Part shown: positions 46,804-58,178 of the stretch, piece after piece | Numbering within the stretch: the stretch's first letter is position 1 | Layout: every line of letters begins with the position of its first letter | Virus record (IMG/VR): IMGVR_UViG_3300015608_003951 | Span: 98,307 to 162,306 of that record | Direction: 5' to 3' (one strand) | Source of the DNA: a virus | Taxonomy: Duplodnaviria; Caudoviricetes | Length of the DNA: 64,000 nucleotides | Program-made: the position numbers and the translations under genes | The notes under the pieces: model-generated | Databases searched by the model: none | Told to the model about the DNA's origin: nothing | What the model saw: only the letters and a program-made list of their open reading frames with translations

Positions 46804-49800
46804 TTATCCCTCCTTATACAGAAAGCTTGGCCTGTCGTGCACATGTACGATCAGCGCGGTAGTGCGTACTCGGGCAAGGTATCCGGCCTGCCCATCACGC
46901 ATCAGCGCATCGCCAGGATGTACTGGCGTGCTGGCCCCCGTGCGCTCGACCAAGAACCCATGCTCAAGGAAGATGGCGTTGAAATCACAAACGCCCCACC
47001 CCGGAGTCCACGCTTCTACATGGACCCCCACCACGCGCTGGCCGACATTAGCGAAGATGTCCTCAATGCAGAAGCGTTGTTGCGGTGTTAGGCCATCGAG
47101 GGACGTGTAGGCGTCGAAGGCTATAGACCCGAATGGGCTACGGGGGTCCGGCGGCATCAGGAAAGCTTGTCTTATCAGGGCCAAAGCGGGGGATTCCTCC
47201 ATAGCAAGAGGTAGTGGCCGGGGCGGTGGAACCGTAGGTACAGCCGTGAAGTCTCTACCTCCTCCAGATGTAGCACCTCCCCCGCAGAGACCGTTGAGCT
47301 CGAATAGGCCTTTCCTGATAGGTGTTCTAGCGTTACGTGATTCTCCCTCAGGGGGATGACCAGGGCCTCTATCATGCTGGTGCTGAAACTCTCGATGCAG
47401 GGGTCTCCCATGCCGCCCTCAGCGACGATCTTGCACTTACCCTCGTCTACGCCTACCCCAGTCATCGCAGCTATTCTGTGGGTGTACCTGCGGCTAAGAT
47501 CCCCGGCGCGGGGTCGTAGCAGGGGGGAACGTGGAGATTCGGGTGGCAGAATCTTGGCTATCACATGCATGACGACCCCCCTAAAGACAGCATGAACGCG
47601 ATGCCGGACCCGCGCAGGATCATGTGGCGCAGGACGCCTGACGTATGCACGAGGTCTCCGCTGTGCAGGGCGTCCTGCGTTTCATCTACCAAGGCGATGC
47701 GCCCGAAGGAGATAAGACACGAGCAGGTGCGGACCACGACGTGGTTGTCTACTACCTCGGTCTTGGCGATCGAAGTGAAACGGATGCCTAGATCCGCCAG
47801 GCCAAAGCGTACGCAGGGCAGGTCCATGGGGTCCACCGGATGACCGGCTTCGAGAGCGTGGAGAAGCTGAGCCCAGGGGCTGTTAGGCGTCAGGTCCGCG
47901 GGGAACCAACCGCGCTTCACGAAGAGTTCAAGTGCTGGCCTGTTGGTTCCGATGTAATATGATGCCGTAGCTGTCCCGGTGATGGCGCTCGCTACGGTGC
48001 TCAGCGAACCGACAGTGCCGGTCGTTAGGGCGGTGCTCAGCGAATCTGGGGTGTACGTCGTCATGTGTGTTTCCACCTTCATTTGGGCGCGCCCTGGGCT
48101 TCAAGCAAGCAAGAAGACCGAGCCGTTCAAGTAACAGGCGCTTGGGGTGTACTGGCCATAGGTCTTGTCATTGAGCACGAGCAAGTCCCCTTCCTCCAGC
48201 GTAGACAAACCGTTGAAGTCAATGGACCCTGAGGTGAGGGCCACGAAGTAAACCGTTCCCGAGATACGCAGGGGGGTCAGGTCCCCATCGAACTCCACCA
48301 CGCGTTTGGGGGTGGGCCCCTCCAACGCGCCGTTCAACATCAATTGCTGGCCACGTGTCACTTTTCGGTAATGCCGCCGCCCCCCTGAACCTCGGGAGAT
48401 GTCGATAGACTCTGCCTTGATGATAGCGCCCTCGTAGTCTTTACGGAAGGCACGAAGGGCCGCTGGGCTGAAGTATCCACGAAGAAGTTTTACCATCTAC
48501 CTGCCTGCCCCCGGAATGTGACGAGCCACATAGTTTGGTCCGCTTTAACGTAGTAAAGCATAGTGTCCTGACGATTAAGCACGAGGGCTCCCCCCTTGCT
48601 GCAAGATACATAGGACCTGGGCCTCAGCGGTTGCCGTAGGACGATATCGCAGGAATCGGTGGGCAATAGGAGGGTCGTATGTACGTAGGAGGCAGCGCAC
48701 CAAGGATCCCACTCGAAGGGGCTCCCCTTCAGCAGCATGTGGTGCGTCGGCACGCCGAACTCGACGAACAGCAGAGATACCGCAGGGTCAACACTTGTGA
48801 GGTGCTTGGTGTCGTGCAGGAGCGGCTCCCCCATGTCCTGCGTGATCTTGTCTAGCACGTCGATGGCCATGTAGTTTTTACATACATGCATCGTCCGGCG
48901 CCAGGTGGAAGGCCAGATGCCTTCCGTGCGTGACCACAAAGTAGGCATGTACGTGCGGATAGCTCAGGTGGAGCAAGTCGCCCGGGGCCATGTCCATGAC
49001 GGTACCTGAAGAGACCCGAGTATATCCCAAGGATAGCAGGAGTACTGCTCCATGCTCGACCTGCTCAGCGTCCCACAGGTTCATGTCGCGCAGCGAGGAA
49101 GCACGAGTTACCCTGAAATCCGCCAACGCCAAACGCATGTGCTGTGTGATCTGGACCTCACGCGCTTTGTCTATCTTGGTATGCCTGCGTGTGGCGAGCG
49201 ACGCCACATCACGCACATAGCCGCGCCTCAACGTGATATGCGGCGACAACACCTCTACTAGACTCATGGATCCTCCTTACCCAAGAACAAGGACTTCGCC
49301 TTGCACATAGAGGGTTTCTCGCTGCGCGGTTTGCGCCGGCACATGCATGATATCCCCTGCATGCAGGGACCTCTTGCACCGGCGTGTGATCTCGATAACC
49401 GAGTTTTGTAGGACCAGAATGTGTAGGTCCGAGAAGTCCTTGAGGTGGCGGGCATACATGCCCCAATGTTCGGTGTTGTGCATGCAGCGCACCCGGCGAC
49501 ACTTAAGATCACCCCCTAGACCCAAGGCGAGTTGTAGTCCCACGGGGATGGGCGTGGTTAGGTACCCAAACCAGAACGAGACAGGTATGTCTCTCAGTGC
49601 CGCCAAACGAGGTACAGCCACGTAGTTCTCGGTGATTTGAATGTCCATAACCACCTCCAGCCCTCACGGTGAGAGCGTTCACTTGGGCACTGCGATGAGG
49701 CAATCGCCGGATATCGCGGCCGTATACCCGAGGGCCACTACCGCGGGGATACCGAAGGTGGGGCTATCCTCATCCGCGCCGGCGAATACCGTCTCCTGGT

Positions 49801-51892
49801 AGAGAGTTTCTTTCAAGCCGATATATATGCGTATTGTGCAAGGCTCCAAGGGGATGATGATGATGCGCACAAACCCAAGCCCCTGCGTGTACATCGGCCA
49901 CTTTCCGCAAGGGCCCTGCATGTATTGCATCTGAATGGGCGTGCCCAACATTAGGGAGAGTTCCTTCAGATCCATGAGCCCGTCCCGAAGGGTCTGGGCA
50001 ACTCTAGGGGCGAACACCCCCCGCTTGTAAACAATCCCGTGCTCCAAGTTCATTGGATCGCCCCCGTGAAAACTAGCACCAACCCCGTCATACACATCAC
50101 GTATACCTCGCAATGTTGCCGACTGTAGACACGGGCGTCTCCAGCCATCATGTACACCCCATCCACCGTGCTGCGCTTTACGGCTACAACGCTTATGTCA
50201 CTGTAACCCTGGGGGGTGGCCATCCCCCAATTGCAATCCTGCTCACGGACAAGGGTGCCACCTGGAAGGCCCATCACAAGGCACAACGGAGGTGGTGCGC
50301 TGTACCAGAACCCGGCGACAGCGCCCCTCTTCCAGGAGAGAAAGGGGGAGGAAGGGTCGCGCATGTAGGACTCGCTGACGAACCCCCTCTTGATGTCAGG
50401 TTTCATCGGATGACCTCAAGAGGATCAGGAGGTAGGGGGCCGGGATGGTTATGTAGAGCCCCATGGAGTCCTCCCTCGCGAACCTTAGCGCGTCTCCAAC
50501 TTCCAACGGTATGTCTGTGCGCGGGAAGAGGGGCCCGACCACCTGGATTCGCACAGGCTTTGTTACAACGACGAGCATGTCCCAGTAGTGGCCTCCAACT
50601 GCACACCCCCAGTTCTCTACCATCGTACAGCGGTGAATCCCCACCGCAGGCCCCCCCACCAGCAGGGAAAGAGCACTCTTGGACCAGCTCTCAGAGGCCA
50701 GCCTCTCTACGAGGGGCGGGGTGAAGTACTTTTGCAGGTGTTCCATCGTAATGGATCATTAGGGTTGAAGAAGACCAGCACCCCTCCGGTCACACCGAGA
50801 TAGGACGCTATCGCTACCTGCCGCGGCACCTCAAGGACATCTCCGGGCTTGATGTCATAGGTCTCAGCGCCGATACTAACCTCGGTCTCGGAGGTGCCTA
50901 GAATGGTGTACTTCTCGAATACGCCGTCGGCCATCATAGACCACGAGGGCACACGGGCCAGCCGGAGCACCCGCTCTGGTGCATAAGCCCCCAAGATCAA
51001 CCGTGCCCTCAGGGGTGCCTCCATCACGTGCCAGCGATCCCGTGGAACCTCTAGGTCCAACTCCATGGCCACCGTTGGGCTTACGTAGCCCGGAATCTTT
51101 ACACAGGGCATGTTAGCCTCCTAGATTCAGCGGTGTACCAGCAAATAGGCCAACACAGGCCCCGGGAACTTGACGGTGCGTGACCTGTTATCGATTACGT
51201 AGACATCCCCCTTCCTGAACCAGAAGCTCCCACCACGGTAGGTCAGCCACTGGTTCTCTAGCGAGAGGAGGATCGGGTCAGTCATCCTTGCGCCGATGCC
51301 AGAGACCAACGGAAAGCTGTCCTGTCCTACGAGCCAGTCGCCGGCCGCAAGCCGCGGACAAAACGCGTTGCCCCCGGAGGGTGCTAGCCCGCCCAGGGCC
51401 AATGACACGAGCACAGGCGCGGCTTCCGTATGCGACAGCATGATGTAAGGCCTCGGGGAGACTGGGTCAGCCCTTAGCGTACACACCAGGGCATCCACCA
51501 TGTGGTCGGCCACGTAGTTTTTGTAATGCATCTCACCGCATCCCCGTGTGACCGAACACCAGCATGCCGCTGGCCGGCGTGAGTATAAGGAGGTCCCTGA
51601 TGTCCCGTGGATCCAACTTGACGACGTCTCCCGCGCTCACAAGAACCGTGGAGCACGTGTACGTCCAGGGGACTTTCGTGTGGAACGACTCTGTTGTAAG
51701 GGTATAAAGCTCGGCACTCTCGTCGCCAGCAACAAAGTCGCAGGGGTCCCACGGCCGGGTATCAATGTGCCCCAAGAGGTCGTAAATCAGCTCGTGGAGC
51801 ACAAGGCGCGCTGGGCCCTCGTCCCCCGCAGCCGCCTGGGTAAGTATCATGCGCGCCACGCTAGGAGTCATGTAGTTTTTGATTACGTGCAC
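46804..51892 (-). repeat. paralog array 1: two PPDPRS-type genes and about 11 family B genes
   Basis: Shared protein motifs without DNA identity. Genes at 46804-47202, 47175-47570, 47561-48082, 48101-48496, 48490-48891, 48878-49267, 49277-49648, 49679-50053, 50050-50406, 50396-50746, 50707-51111, 51127-51531, 51533-51892. Confidence 0.75.
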
Positions 51893-52039
51893 GGGCTTTA
51901 TCCTTGTCCAACTCATGCTTGTGGAGGTGCAGCAGCATCTCCAGCCTTTTACCAGGCTCAACCGGGAACGCGCACTCACCCTGCATCGCGTAGAAGAGTC
52001 GCCAACGGTAGGGGGCCGTCTTGAGGCGGGAACTCTTTA

Positions 52040-52234
52040 TCATCTGGACATCTCACTCCGTTTTAGAGCCTTATCCACGCGAACGCCGTGCACGGCTAGG
52101 TCCTTTCTACACGTCATCTGGCCTCGGATGGTGCTGTAGAAGTTCTCCAGGTAGCCTATCTGATCGGCCGCATGGAGGGAGGATCGAGCAGAGCGTCCTG
52201 CCACGTACGCATCCCAAATCTGGGTGTAGGTCAT
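52040..52234 (-). CDS. small protein, paralog of neighbour
   Basis: GYLENFY; ATGA coupling. Confidence 0.5.
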   Translation of the reverse strand: MTYTQIWDAYVAGRSARSSLHAADQIGYLENFYSTIRGQMTCRKDLAVHGVRVDKALKRSEMSR

Positions 52235-52440
52235 CGCACCTTGACCCCGCGTACGATAATGCTCTCCCCACCACACCTCTGATTTGTGTCGTGGTAGAGG
52301 TACTCCAGGTACCCACCCGGGCGGATGTCCCTCCGCGTGATGGCGCGGGCCAGGCAGATCAGCGGGCTGTACTCGGGTTTAACCTCGGCACGCTCGGCCA
52401 GGGCAATGATCTGTCGAACGGTCAACAAGTCGATATTCAT
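52231..52440 (-). CDS. small protein
   Basis: GGAGGT + ATG; GYLEYLY. Confidence 0.55.
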   Translation of the reverse strand: MNIDLLTVRQIIALAERAEVKPEYSPLICLARAITRRDIRPGGYLEYLYHDTNQRCGGESIIVRGVKVR

Positions 52441-52478
52441 ACACACCTCCAGGACCCAGGCGTATGCCTGGGCTTGGT

Positions 52479-53003
52479 CTAACGTCTGCATTCCGGACAT
52501 GTGGGCCATAGGTAGGATCCGGTGACCACGTGTAGCGCAACCGCTGCAATGCCGATGGTGTAGTGCGCGTTGCTGTTCACGCTGCGCTCGTTGGGGACAC
52601 CGTACACGTATGTCCCGTTCTTACGGAGACTCTCGTAAATCCAGCCGAGCTCGGGATCAGCCAGGCACCAGAGGGGCCAGCTCGGGTTCTTCCAGGTGAT
52701 CTCCGGGAAGAGGCAGAGGAGCCAGACGTGGCTAGCTCGGAGGTCGCCCATGGGGAGGTTGGGGTTGAGGAGGGCAGCCCGGATCACCTCCCAGGCCTGT
52801 ATCCAGGGGGTAGGGTCAGCGGTCAGCATGGGGCGTATGCCCATGACAAGCCCAGAGAGCACCCCGGCATCGGCGCTGTGCCTGGCTAGGTTCATCAACG
52901 TACGGTGTTGCTGTGTCAGATCGGCCCCTATCTGGGGCAGTCGAACGCTCCTCGCCTCAATCGCGCTTAGCGGCGGCCCCTCGGGCCATACTTTTGTCTG
53001 CAA
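52479..53003 (-). CDS. NP..NP (LRV-like) family protein
   Basis: ALLNPNLP...WKNPSWPLWCLADP. Confidence 0.65.
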   Translation of the reverse strand: MQTKVWPEGPPLSAIEARSVRLPQIGADLTQQHRTLMNLARHSADAGVLSGLVMGIRPMLTADPTPWIQAWEVIRAALLNPNLPMGDLRASHVWLLCLFPEITWKNPSWPLWCLADPELGWIYESLRKNGTYVYGVPNERSVNSNAHYTIGIAAVALHVVTGSYLWPTCPECRR

Positions 53004-53931
53004 GGTCTGCCTTCCTCCTTTTGTGGGTTGCGGTTGCCGTACGGTAGAGCTTGGCCGCCGTGCGAGCAGGCAGGTGCGCCAGGAGTTGCGAGACGACGAG
53101 CAGCCTGCTTGTGCCAGGCTTCGTCACGCGCCCTAGGAGCCGGAGAGCCTCTTCCGGCCCTATCCGGCCGGCATTAAGCAGCGCAAGCAACCAGCAGGAT
53201 GCGAACTGCGGAACCGAAAGCAGCAGCTCACGGCCTAGCATATCCGGGGCCTTCCATCCGACCTTAGGGTGGCGCTTTATGTATCGGCGAACCCAAGCCC
53301 CGTCAACGCACGGGAGGAAGGTGGCTACGACAGATACGTCCGCCTTATTCCGCAGGAAGGATGCACCTACGAGCAGGCTCTTGGCGAAAACCTTGGCCAC
53401 GTCGCTCCTGCGATCTCCTAGGAGAATATTGACTCTGGGTGCGGAGACCTTCCTGTGGTGCATGTAGTTGTGAATCGCGTCAAGAACGGTTTGCGCGTCC
53501 TTCCGCGAGGTCATCTCCAACAACAGGTATCGACCCACGAGCAGGAGGGGCGAGAGGTTTAGGATCCCGTCCAGCGATTCTCCGGGGGCGTCTAGGTCCT
53601 TCCGCTTAGCCCGATAGTCCTCCCGCTCTTTCGCCCCCTTGTCAAAGCCCCGCAGGTAATCGGCGTCTTCCTGACGCGCCGCCCCAAGGACGTGATTCAC
53701 GTAGTAGGGGTTGTTCACTGCCCCACAGGGGTACTCCGCCCCCAGCTCGGCAAAGACTGCCCGGGGCAGGTTCTTGTTGCTGGTTAGAGCAAAGGCGAGG
53801 TGATCGTCAGCGTAGCTGTTACACCCCTTCTTCAGCAGCAGCTGAGCCAAGGCTCTGAGCCGGCGTTGCCCGGTCTTCGGGTTCGCCGCTTCCAGGAAGC
53901 GTGCGTAGGTAAAAACGTTGTGTTCCGTCAT
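52957..53931 (-). CDS. NP..NP (LRV-like) family protein
   Basis: AANPKT..RLRALA...SNKNLP...VNNPYY; GGAGG SD. Confidence 0.65.
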   Translation of the reverse strand: MTEHNVFTYARFLEAANPKTGQRRLRALAQLLLKKGCNSYADDHLAFALTSNKNLPRAVFAELGAEYPCGAVNNPYYVNHVLGAARQEDADYLRGFDKGAKEREDYRAKRKDLDAPGESLDGILNLSPLLLVGRYLLLEMTSRKDAQTVLDAIHNYMHHRKVSAPRVNILLGDRRSDVAKVFAKSLLVGASFLRNKADVSVVATFLPCVDGAWVRRYIKRHPKVGWKAPDMLGRELLLSVPQFASCWLLALLNAGRIGPEEALRLLGRVTKPGTSRLLVVSQLLAHLPARTAAKLYRTATATHKRRKADLADKSMARGAAAKRD

Positions 53932-54518
53932 GCCACCTCCGTTATTCCTGCTATTAATCGAAGATAGAGAGGACCCGCCGAGGGGGAGTTCTCAAGCATA
54001 CGCAAAGCGGTGTCCACGGCCCAGGAGGGGCGGTAGTTGGGTAGCCAATGATCCCCCATGACCCTGGGCACGAACCTGCCGGCATAGTCCCAGGCGGGGT
54101 ACAGCGGGAACTCCTGCGTGGCATCCCACTCAGCAAGGTTACTGAACCTGGAGTCATGCCCAGTCACGGCCGACAGAATGCTTGAGAGCTCCTCTGTCTT
54201 TGCGCCGATCAGATCCGAGGCGAGGTGGAAAACGGTGGGCCGCAGCCCATTGTAGTGCACGTTGCCCCCGAGCAGCTCGATCAGCCCCGTGGGGACGACA
54301 CTATCGTAGTGTAGCAGGGTGGATCGATCCAGATTTCGAGCGTAGTACTCCGCCGCATTCAGGAGGCAGCTGAAAAACCCTACGCCCAGCCACCCGGACC
54401 CCCTGGATTTTCTGTAGGGTTGGTAAATGAACTGGTTCCCCTCCGAAAGGCCGTAGAGGACCTCCGGCAGGCAAGACCTAGATCTGCTGCTCCTCTGCGA
54501 ACCACAGCATGCTTCCAC
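53928..54518 (-). CDS. hypothetical protein
   Basis: Probable end at TTA 53955-53957. Confidence 0.55.
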   Translation of the reverse strand: MEACCGSQRSSRSRSCLPEVLYGLSEGNQFIYQPYRKSRGSGWLGVGFFSCLLNAAEYYARNLDRSTLLHYDSVVPTGLIELLGGNVHYNGLRPTVFHLASDLIGAKTEELSSILSAVTGHDSRFSNLAEWDATQEFPLYPAWDYAGRFVPRVMGDHWLPNYRPSWAVDTALRMLENSPSAGPLYLRLIAGITEVA

Positions 54519-54521
54519 CTC

Positions 54522-54980
54522 CTAGTAAAAGAGCAGCCTGGGCGGGGCCCGGAATACGTGTTGCAGGATCAGTTTGGGATCCCTTGTCCGCAGACGACGG
54601 CAGAGGTGGTCGCCCAAGGCCATCCCGCGTAGCACATCATCCGGAGTACACTTACGCCTGAGTTCGTCGCTGAAGATGAACACAAGGTGCGTGGCCCTGT
54701 ACAAGCAGATCAGTTCGACGGGCGTCAGGTCGAACATCTCCAGGGCTATCTCATCACAATGGGCTTTCGGGCGGCCAAATGCCGCAGCCCAGCTCTCCAC
54801 ATCTCTCCTCAGAACTTTACTTGGCAGAAACAGGTGGAGCAGGTAGCTGCTCACCGATCCCGTGTAGTATTTCTGGCCGCTCCAGGGGGAGAACTTGTTG
54901 ATGAAGTACAGCTCCCGCTTTTCTGTTTCGAGGGCCGTCGCCACGACATTTCGCCTGTAGGCGATCAACCCATCGTTCAC
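54522..54980 (-). CDS. hypothetical protein
   Basis: GTGA coupling. Confidence 0.55.
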   Translation of the reverse strand: MNDGLIAYRRNVVATALETEKRELYFINKFSPWSGQKYYTGSVSSYLLHLFLPSKVLRRDVESWAAAFGRPKAHCDEIALEMFDLTPVELICLYRATHLVFIFSDELRRKCTPDDVLRGMALGDHLCRRLRTRDPKLILQHVFRAPPRLLFY

Positions 54981-55666
54981 GCGAGGCTCGTCTCTCGCGA
55001 GTACTTGCCCGGGTTATTGGTGCGATCCGCCTGGTACATGGCCAGCCTGGGGGCGAAGATGCGGTGGATGGCCTCGAAGCCGGATATCGCGTTCTCGCCC
55101 GCGTAAAACGGGTTCAACGCCGCCGGCGTATCGTACGTGATGCCGAGGTTATGCCTCTTCCAGGCGTCGGTCTGGTAGAAGCGGCGTGCCCTGCTGCTGG
55201 TGCCCAGGTAGTGCTTGTTACGATCCACCCAGGGCGGGCACCTGCTCTCCAGCAGCAAAGCCCTGGACGAGAGCCACCGCTCCACCAGGAACAGCCCGGA
55301 GCAGACCTGGAGCGGGGTCTTGCCGACGTCCAAGCCCGCGCAGCCCTGCACGGAGATCTCTCGATTCTTGATCGAGGGGATGCCGATGAGGAGCATCATG
55401 GCGCTGTAAGCATCCGCCCCAGATCCCGAGAAGGAGGCTTCCGCCCTCGGGTGGGCCCAGGCCCCGGGTTCCATGAGGAGCGCAATCCTCAGCATCTCCA
55501 TGGGCAGCTTCGGGTGCGCCAGGGCGAGCCGATAGAGCGGCCCGCTTGAAGGCAGATCCATGAAGGCTTCCCCGACCGCCTCGCTCGGCGAGTTCTTGTT
55601 CCCAAGCAACTTCTTGTACTGCTCGTACGTTGTCTTATCCACGGTCTCCTCCTGCTCTTGACTCAA
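54977..55666 (-). CDS. NP..NP (LRV-like) family protein
   Basis: ALAHPKLP...AWAHP. Confidence 0.6.
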   Translation of the reverse strand: MSQEQEETVDKTTYEQYKKLLGNKNSPSEAVGEAFMDLPSSGPLYRLALAHPKLPMEMLRIALLMEPGAWAHPRAEASFSGSGADAYSAMMLLIGIPSIKNREISVQGCAGLDVGKTPLQVCSGLFLVERWLSSRALLLESRCPPWVDRNKHYLGTSSRARRFYQTDAWKRHNLGITYDTPAALNPFYAGENAISGFEAIHRIFAPRLAMYQADRTNNPGKYSRETSLA

Positions 55667-55668
55667 TC

Positions 55669-56007
55669 TTAGGGCTCGTATCGAACGCTTGGCGGCCCAA
55701 TAACCTTAACCAGTAGACCCAAGAAGTCGTGGGCCTGTTCGGTTTTGTATATCGATAGCCGTATATCTGGCCCTTCGACCTCGATAAAGAACCCCCCCAC
55801 AAAGGGCCGGCACGAGACCACCCAGTACGACTTCGCGACCTTCTCCCGGTGAAAGGCGATACCGCCCCTCGGTGACTTTAGATGCTCGTCGAGCATGTCT
55901 CGCTTATTGCGCCACTTGTACACGTACTCCGGCACAAAAGTCCGATCTTTTGCCTCAGGGTCTTTAGGCTTTTTGCGCTTACGCCTGTCCTTAAACGTCC
56001 TTGACAT
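55669..56007 (-). CDS. basic hypothetical protein
   Basis: ATG after GGAATAAG motif. Confidence 0.55.
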   Translation of the reverse strand: MSRTFKDRRKRKKPKDPEAKDRTFVPEYVYKWRNKRDMLDEHLKSPRGGIAFHREKVAKSYWVVSCRPFVGGFFIEVEGPDIRLSIYKTEQAHDFLGLLVKVIGPPSVRYEP

Positions 56008-56059
56008 CTCCGATCTTATTCCGGAGTTAAAAGCAAGATTCCCTCCCCCGCGTCTTGCT

Positions 56060-57025
56060 TCAACCCTCGACGCTCCGGTAGACCCCCTTGTCCTCCAGGA
56101 TCTGGCCGATCTCCTCCAGTTTCTTGAGGAGGTTATGGAAGGCCCGCTCCCCGAGTTCAACCCCCCTGTAGTTCTCGTTAAAGCGCGCGAAGAGTTGCTC
56201 CTCCGTACCGGGCCCGCTCTGGAGCAGCTGGTCCAGTAGGTGTTTACGCTGCCTGTAGGTCCTGGCCGTGTGGGAGTTGTCGTAACGGTCCGAACGCTCC
56301 ACGGAGTATTCTCCGTCCTTGAGGACCACCTGCTGATCCTCGACCAGCTCCCGCAGCGTGAGCTCTAGCCCCTCCCTGGAGGTGTGCATGCGCAGGGCGA
56401 GGCTCCTCAGGTCGCCGCCCTTCACGCGCAGGACATCCATCACGCTCGCCCTGGAGGGCTTCTTGATCTTGGCCCGCCCGAGGGGGTTGTTGTCCAGCTT
56501 CTTGAAGACCAGCTTCTTTTCCACCGCGGGTGCAGGGTTGTCGGTGTAGACGACAGCCTCCGGCCCCTTGATGCAGAGCATACCCGCCAGGGTGCCGATG
56601 AAACGGTTGATGGTGGACTCGATGTCCTTCGGCTTCACTGCCCCATAGAAGACCTTGCTCAGCCGAGGCATCTTGACGCCGCCCTTCTCGTCCTTCGGCT
56701 TGTAGTGGACCAGCACCGTCTTCGTGTTGAGCGGCTCTGCTGCCGCCCGCACCTCCCACAGCAGGGACCCAGCAGAGTCCTCGTAGGCGGCGCCCTGCGT
56801 GGCAGCGATCTTTGCACACGGCTCCCACCCGTTCCCCCTGGACCCTCGCACCTGCCCCCTCTCCTGGAGTATGGTGATCGCACGCAACACCCTCGAACAC
56901 CCAGGCTTCGCCGGGGACCACCCGAGCTGGATTGCGATATCGTTCACGAAGAGCCTGCTGGTGCTCTTCTTGAGGATCTCCAGGACTTTCGGGGTGTAGA
57001 CGTTTATGTCGTACTCTTCACGCAT
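56060..57025 (-). CDS. multi winged-HTH protein
   Basis: Three wHTH-like segments ending LQERGQV, LVEDQQV, LEEIGQI..GVY. Confidence 0.7.
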   Translation of the reverse strand: MREEYDINVYTPKVLEILKKSTSRLFVNDIAIQLGWSPAKPGCSRVLRAITILQERGQVRGSRGNGWEPCAKIAATQGAAYEDSAGSLLWEVRAAAEPLNTKTVLVHYKPKDEKGGVKMPRLSKVFYGAVKPKDIESTINRFIGTLAGMLCIKGPEAVVYTDNPAPAVEKKLVFKKLDNNPLGRAKIKKPSRASVMDVLRVKGGDLRSLALRMHTSREGLELTLRELVEDQQVVLKDGEYSVERSDRYDNSHTARTYRQRKHLLDQLLQSGPGTEEQLFARFNENYRGVELGERAFHNLLKKLEEIGQILEDKGVYRSVEG

Positions 57026-57050
57026 GGACGACGTTCTCCTCTCCGGTTGG

Positions 57051-57488
57051 TTATTCCAGGAAATGGTAGTCCGTAGCCCTTAGCAAATGACGAGAGTCAT
57101 CCAGCAGCCTCTGGCAGGTCTTCTTCGAGGCGAGCGTCCAGGACTCCAGGGCATGTCCCACCTGGATCCGACTGTCTGGGATCCAGGGCCAGTCATTTTG
57201 GACCCGCATGACCACAGGCGTGCTACGCACAGCCTTGTCGAAGAATTGGGTGGCCGTCACGTCGATAACCCCCCAGTGACCGCAAGAGAACCAGCAGTGT
57301 TCCTTCAGGCAGCCCGTGGAGTCGTGGAAGGCCCCAAACTTAAGAGCCCCTCCCGGCTCTAGCTCCCCGAGAAGCCAGGATGCGGTCACACAGGCCCCTG
57401 CCAGGCTGCTCGGCCAGAGCTTGCTACGCAACAGGGCTTGGCGGACACAGTAGGCCTTCTTGCGCAGAATCTTGTCGGTAGATGTCAT
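57051..57488 (-). CDS. transglutaminase/papain-like Cys-His-Asp protein
   Basis: GACVTAS, EHCW, IDVTATQF. Confidence 0.6.
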   Translation of the reverse strand: MTSTDKILRKKAYCVRQALLRSKLWPSSLAGACVTASWLLGELEPGGALKFGAFHDSTGCLKEHCWFSCGHWGVIDVTATQFFDKAVRSTPVVMRVQNDWPWIPDSRIQVGHALESWTLASKKTCQRLLDDSRHLLRATDYHFLE

Positions 57489-57565
57489 GTGGTCTCCTAC
57501 CTTTTTATACCTTCTTTTCAACGGATCTATGCGTAGCTGAAGCCAGGAGGATAGGATGGGCTGCA

Positions 57566-57850
57566 ATGTCTGCGTATACCCCGCTAAGACCGCACCTCTT
57601 GAGGGGCTCCGGGTTGAATGCGGACATCCGGAACCTGTACGAGATCGTCAACGAGCTGCACGAGATCGCCGTAGCCGCTGCGGGCGGGTCAATATCCATC
57701 ACTCGCCTGAGCCAGGGCGCCCTAAGTGCCCTGCGGCTGGTACGTGCCAGGACAGCGCTAGGACGACGTCTGCGGGAGATGGCGAACCTGTCGGCGGTTG
57801 GGCCGATCGCTCCGGCGCTGGGCATCGGGTCGCTGCTGCCTGCCTTATAG
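57566..57850 (+). CDS. lone plus-strand hypothetical protein
   Basis: TAGGAT 8 nt before ATG; ends TTA-TAG. Confidence 0.5.
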   Translation: MSAYTPLRPHLLRGSGLNADIRNLYEIVNELHEIAVAAAGGSISITRLSQGALSALRLVRARTALGRRLREMANLSAVGPIAPALGIGSLLPAL

Positions 57851-58178
57851 CCCGCTCTTTGACGCACCCACCGCAGCTCCTGTGTTTGCCCCGGGAGCGA
57901 GAGCATCCTTTCAGCCCCTTTTTGCGGTATTTACGCGACGCATCAAGCGGGCGAAATATCGGCTTTGTTCAGTGCTTTGTTCAGGGTGTCGAGAACCCCT
58001 TGGAACCTCCCTACGGATAAACCTGCTGAAAAGGGCGGGTCACTTTTCTTACGGTGTGGGGGCCTGGCCCGCGGAACAAGGCATCTTTTTAGCCGCTTTT
58101 TGTGGTGGGGCGCGGGGCTAAAAAAGGGGCGGTACTTCGCCCCCTTTGGCCTGGCAGAGTGTGGGGCACTTCCACCGG

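Noticed and set aside
52479-52482. In-frame TTA near the start of ORF 52231-52509 as a counter-example
   Set aside because: It lies upstream of the GGAGGT-led ATG at 52440, the more likely start.
47195-52512. CTA as an additional stop (CTATG at 47202 and 52509)
   Set aside because: CTA occurs repeatedly inside RNAP, and better SD-led starts lie downstream.
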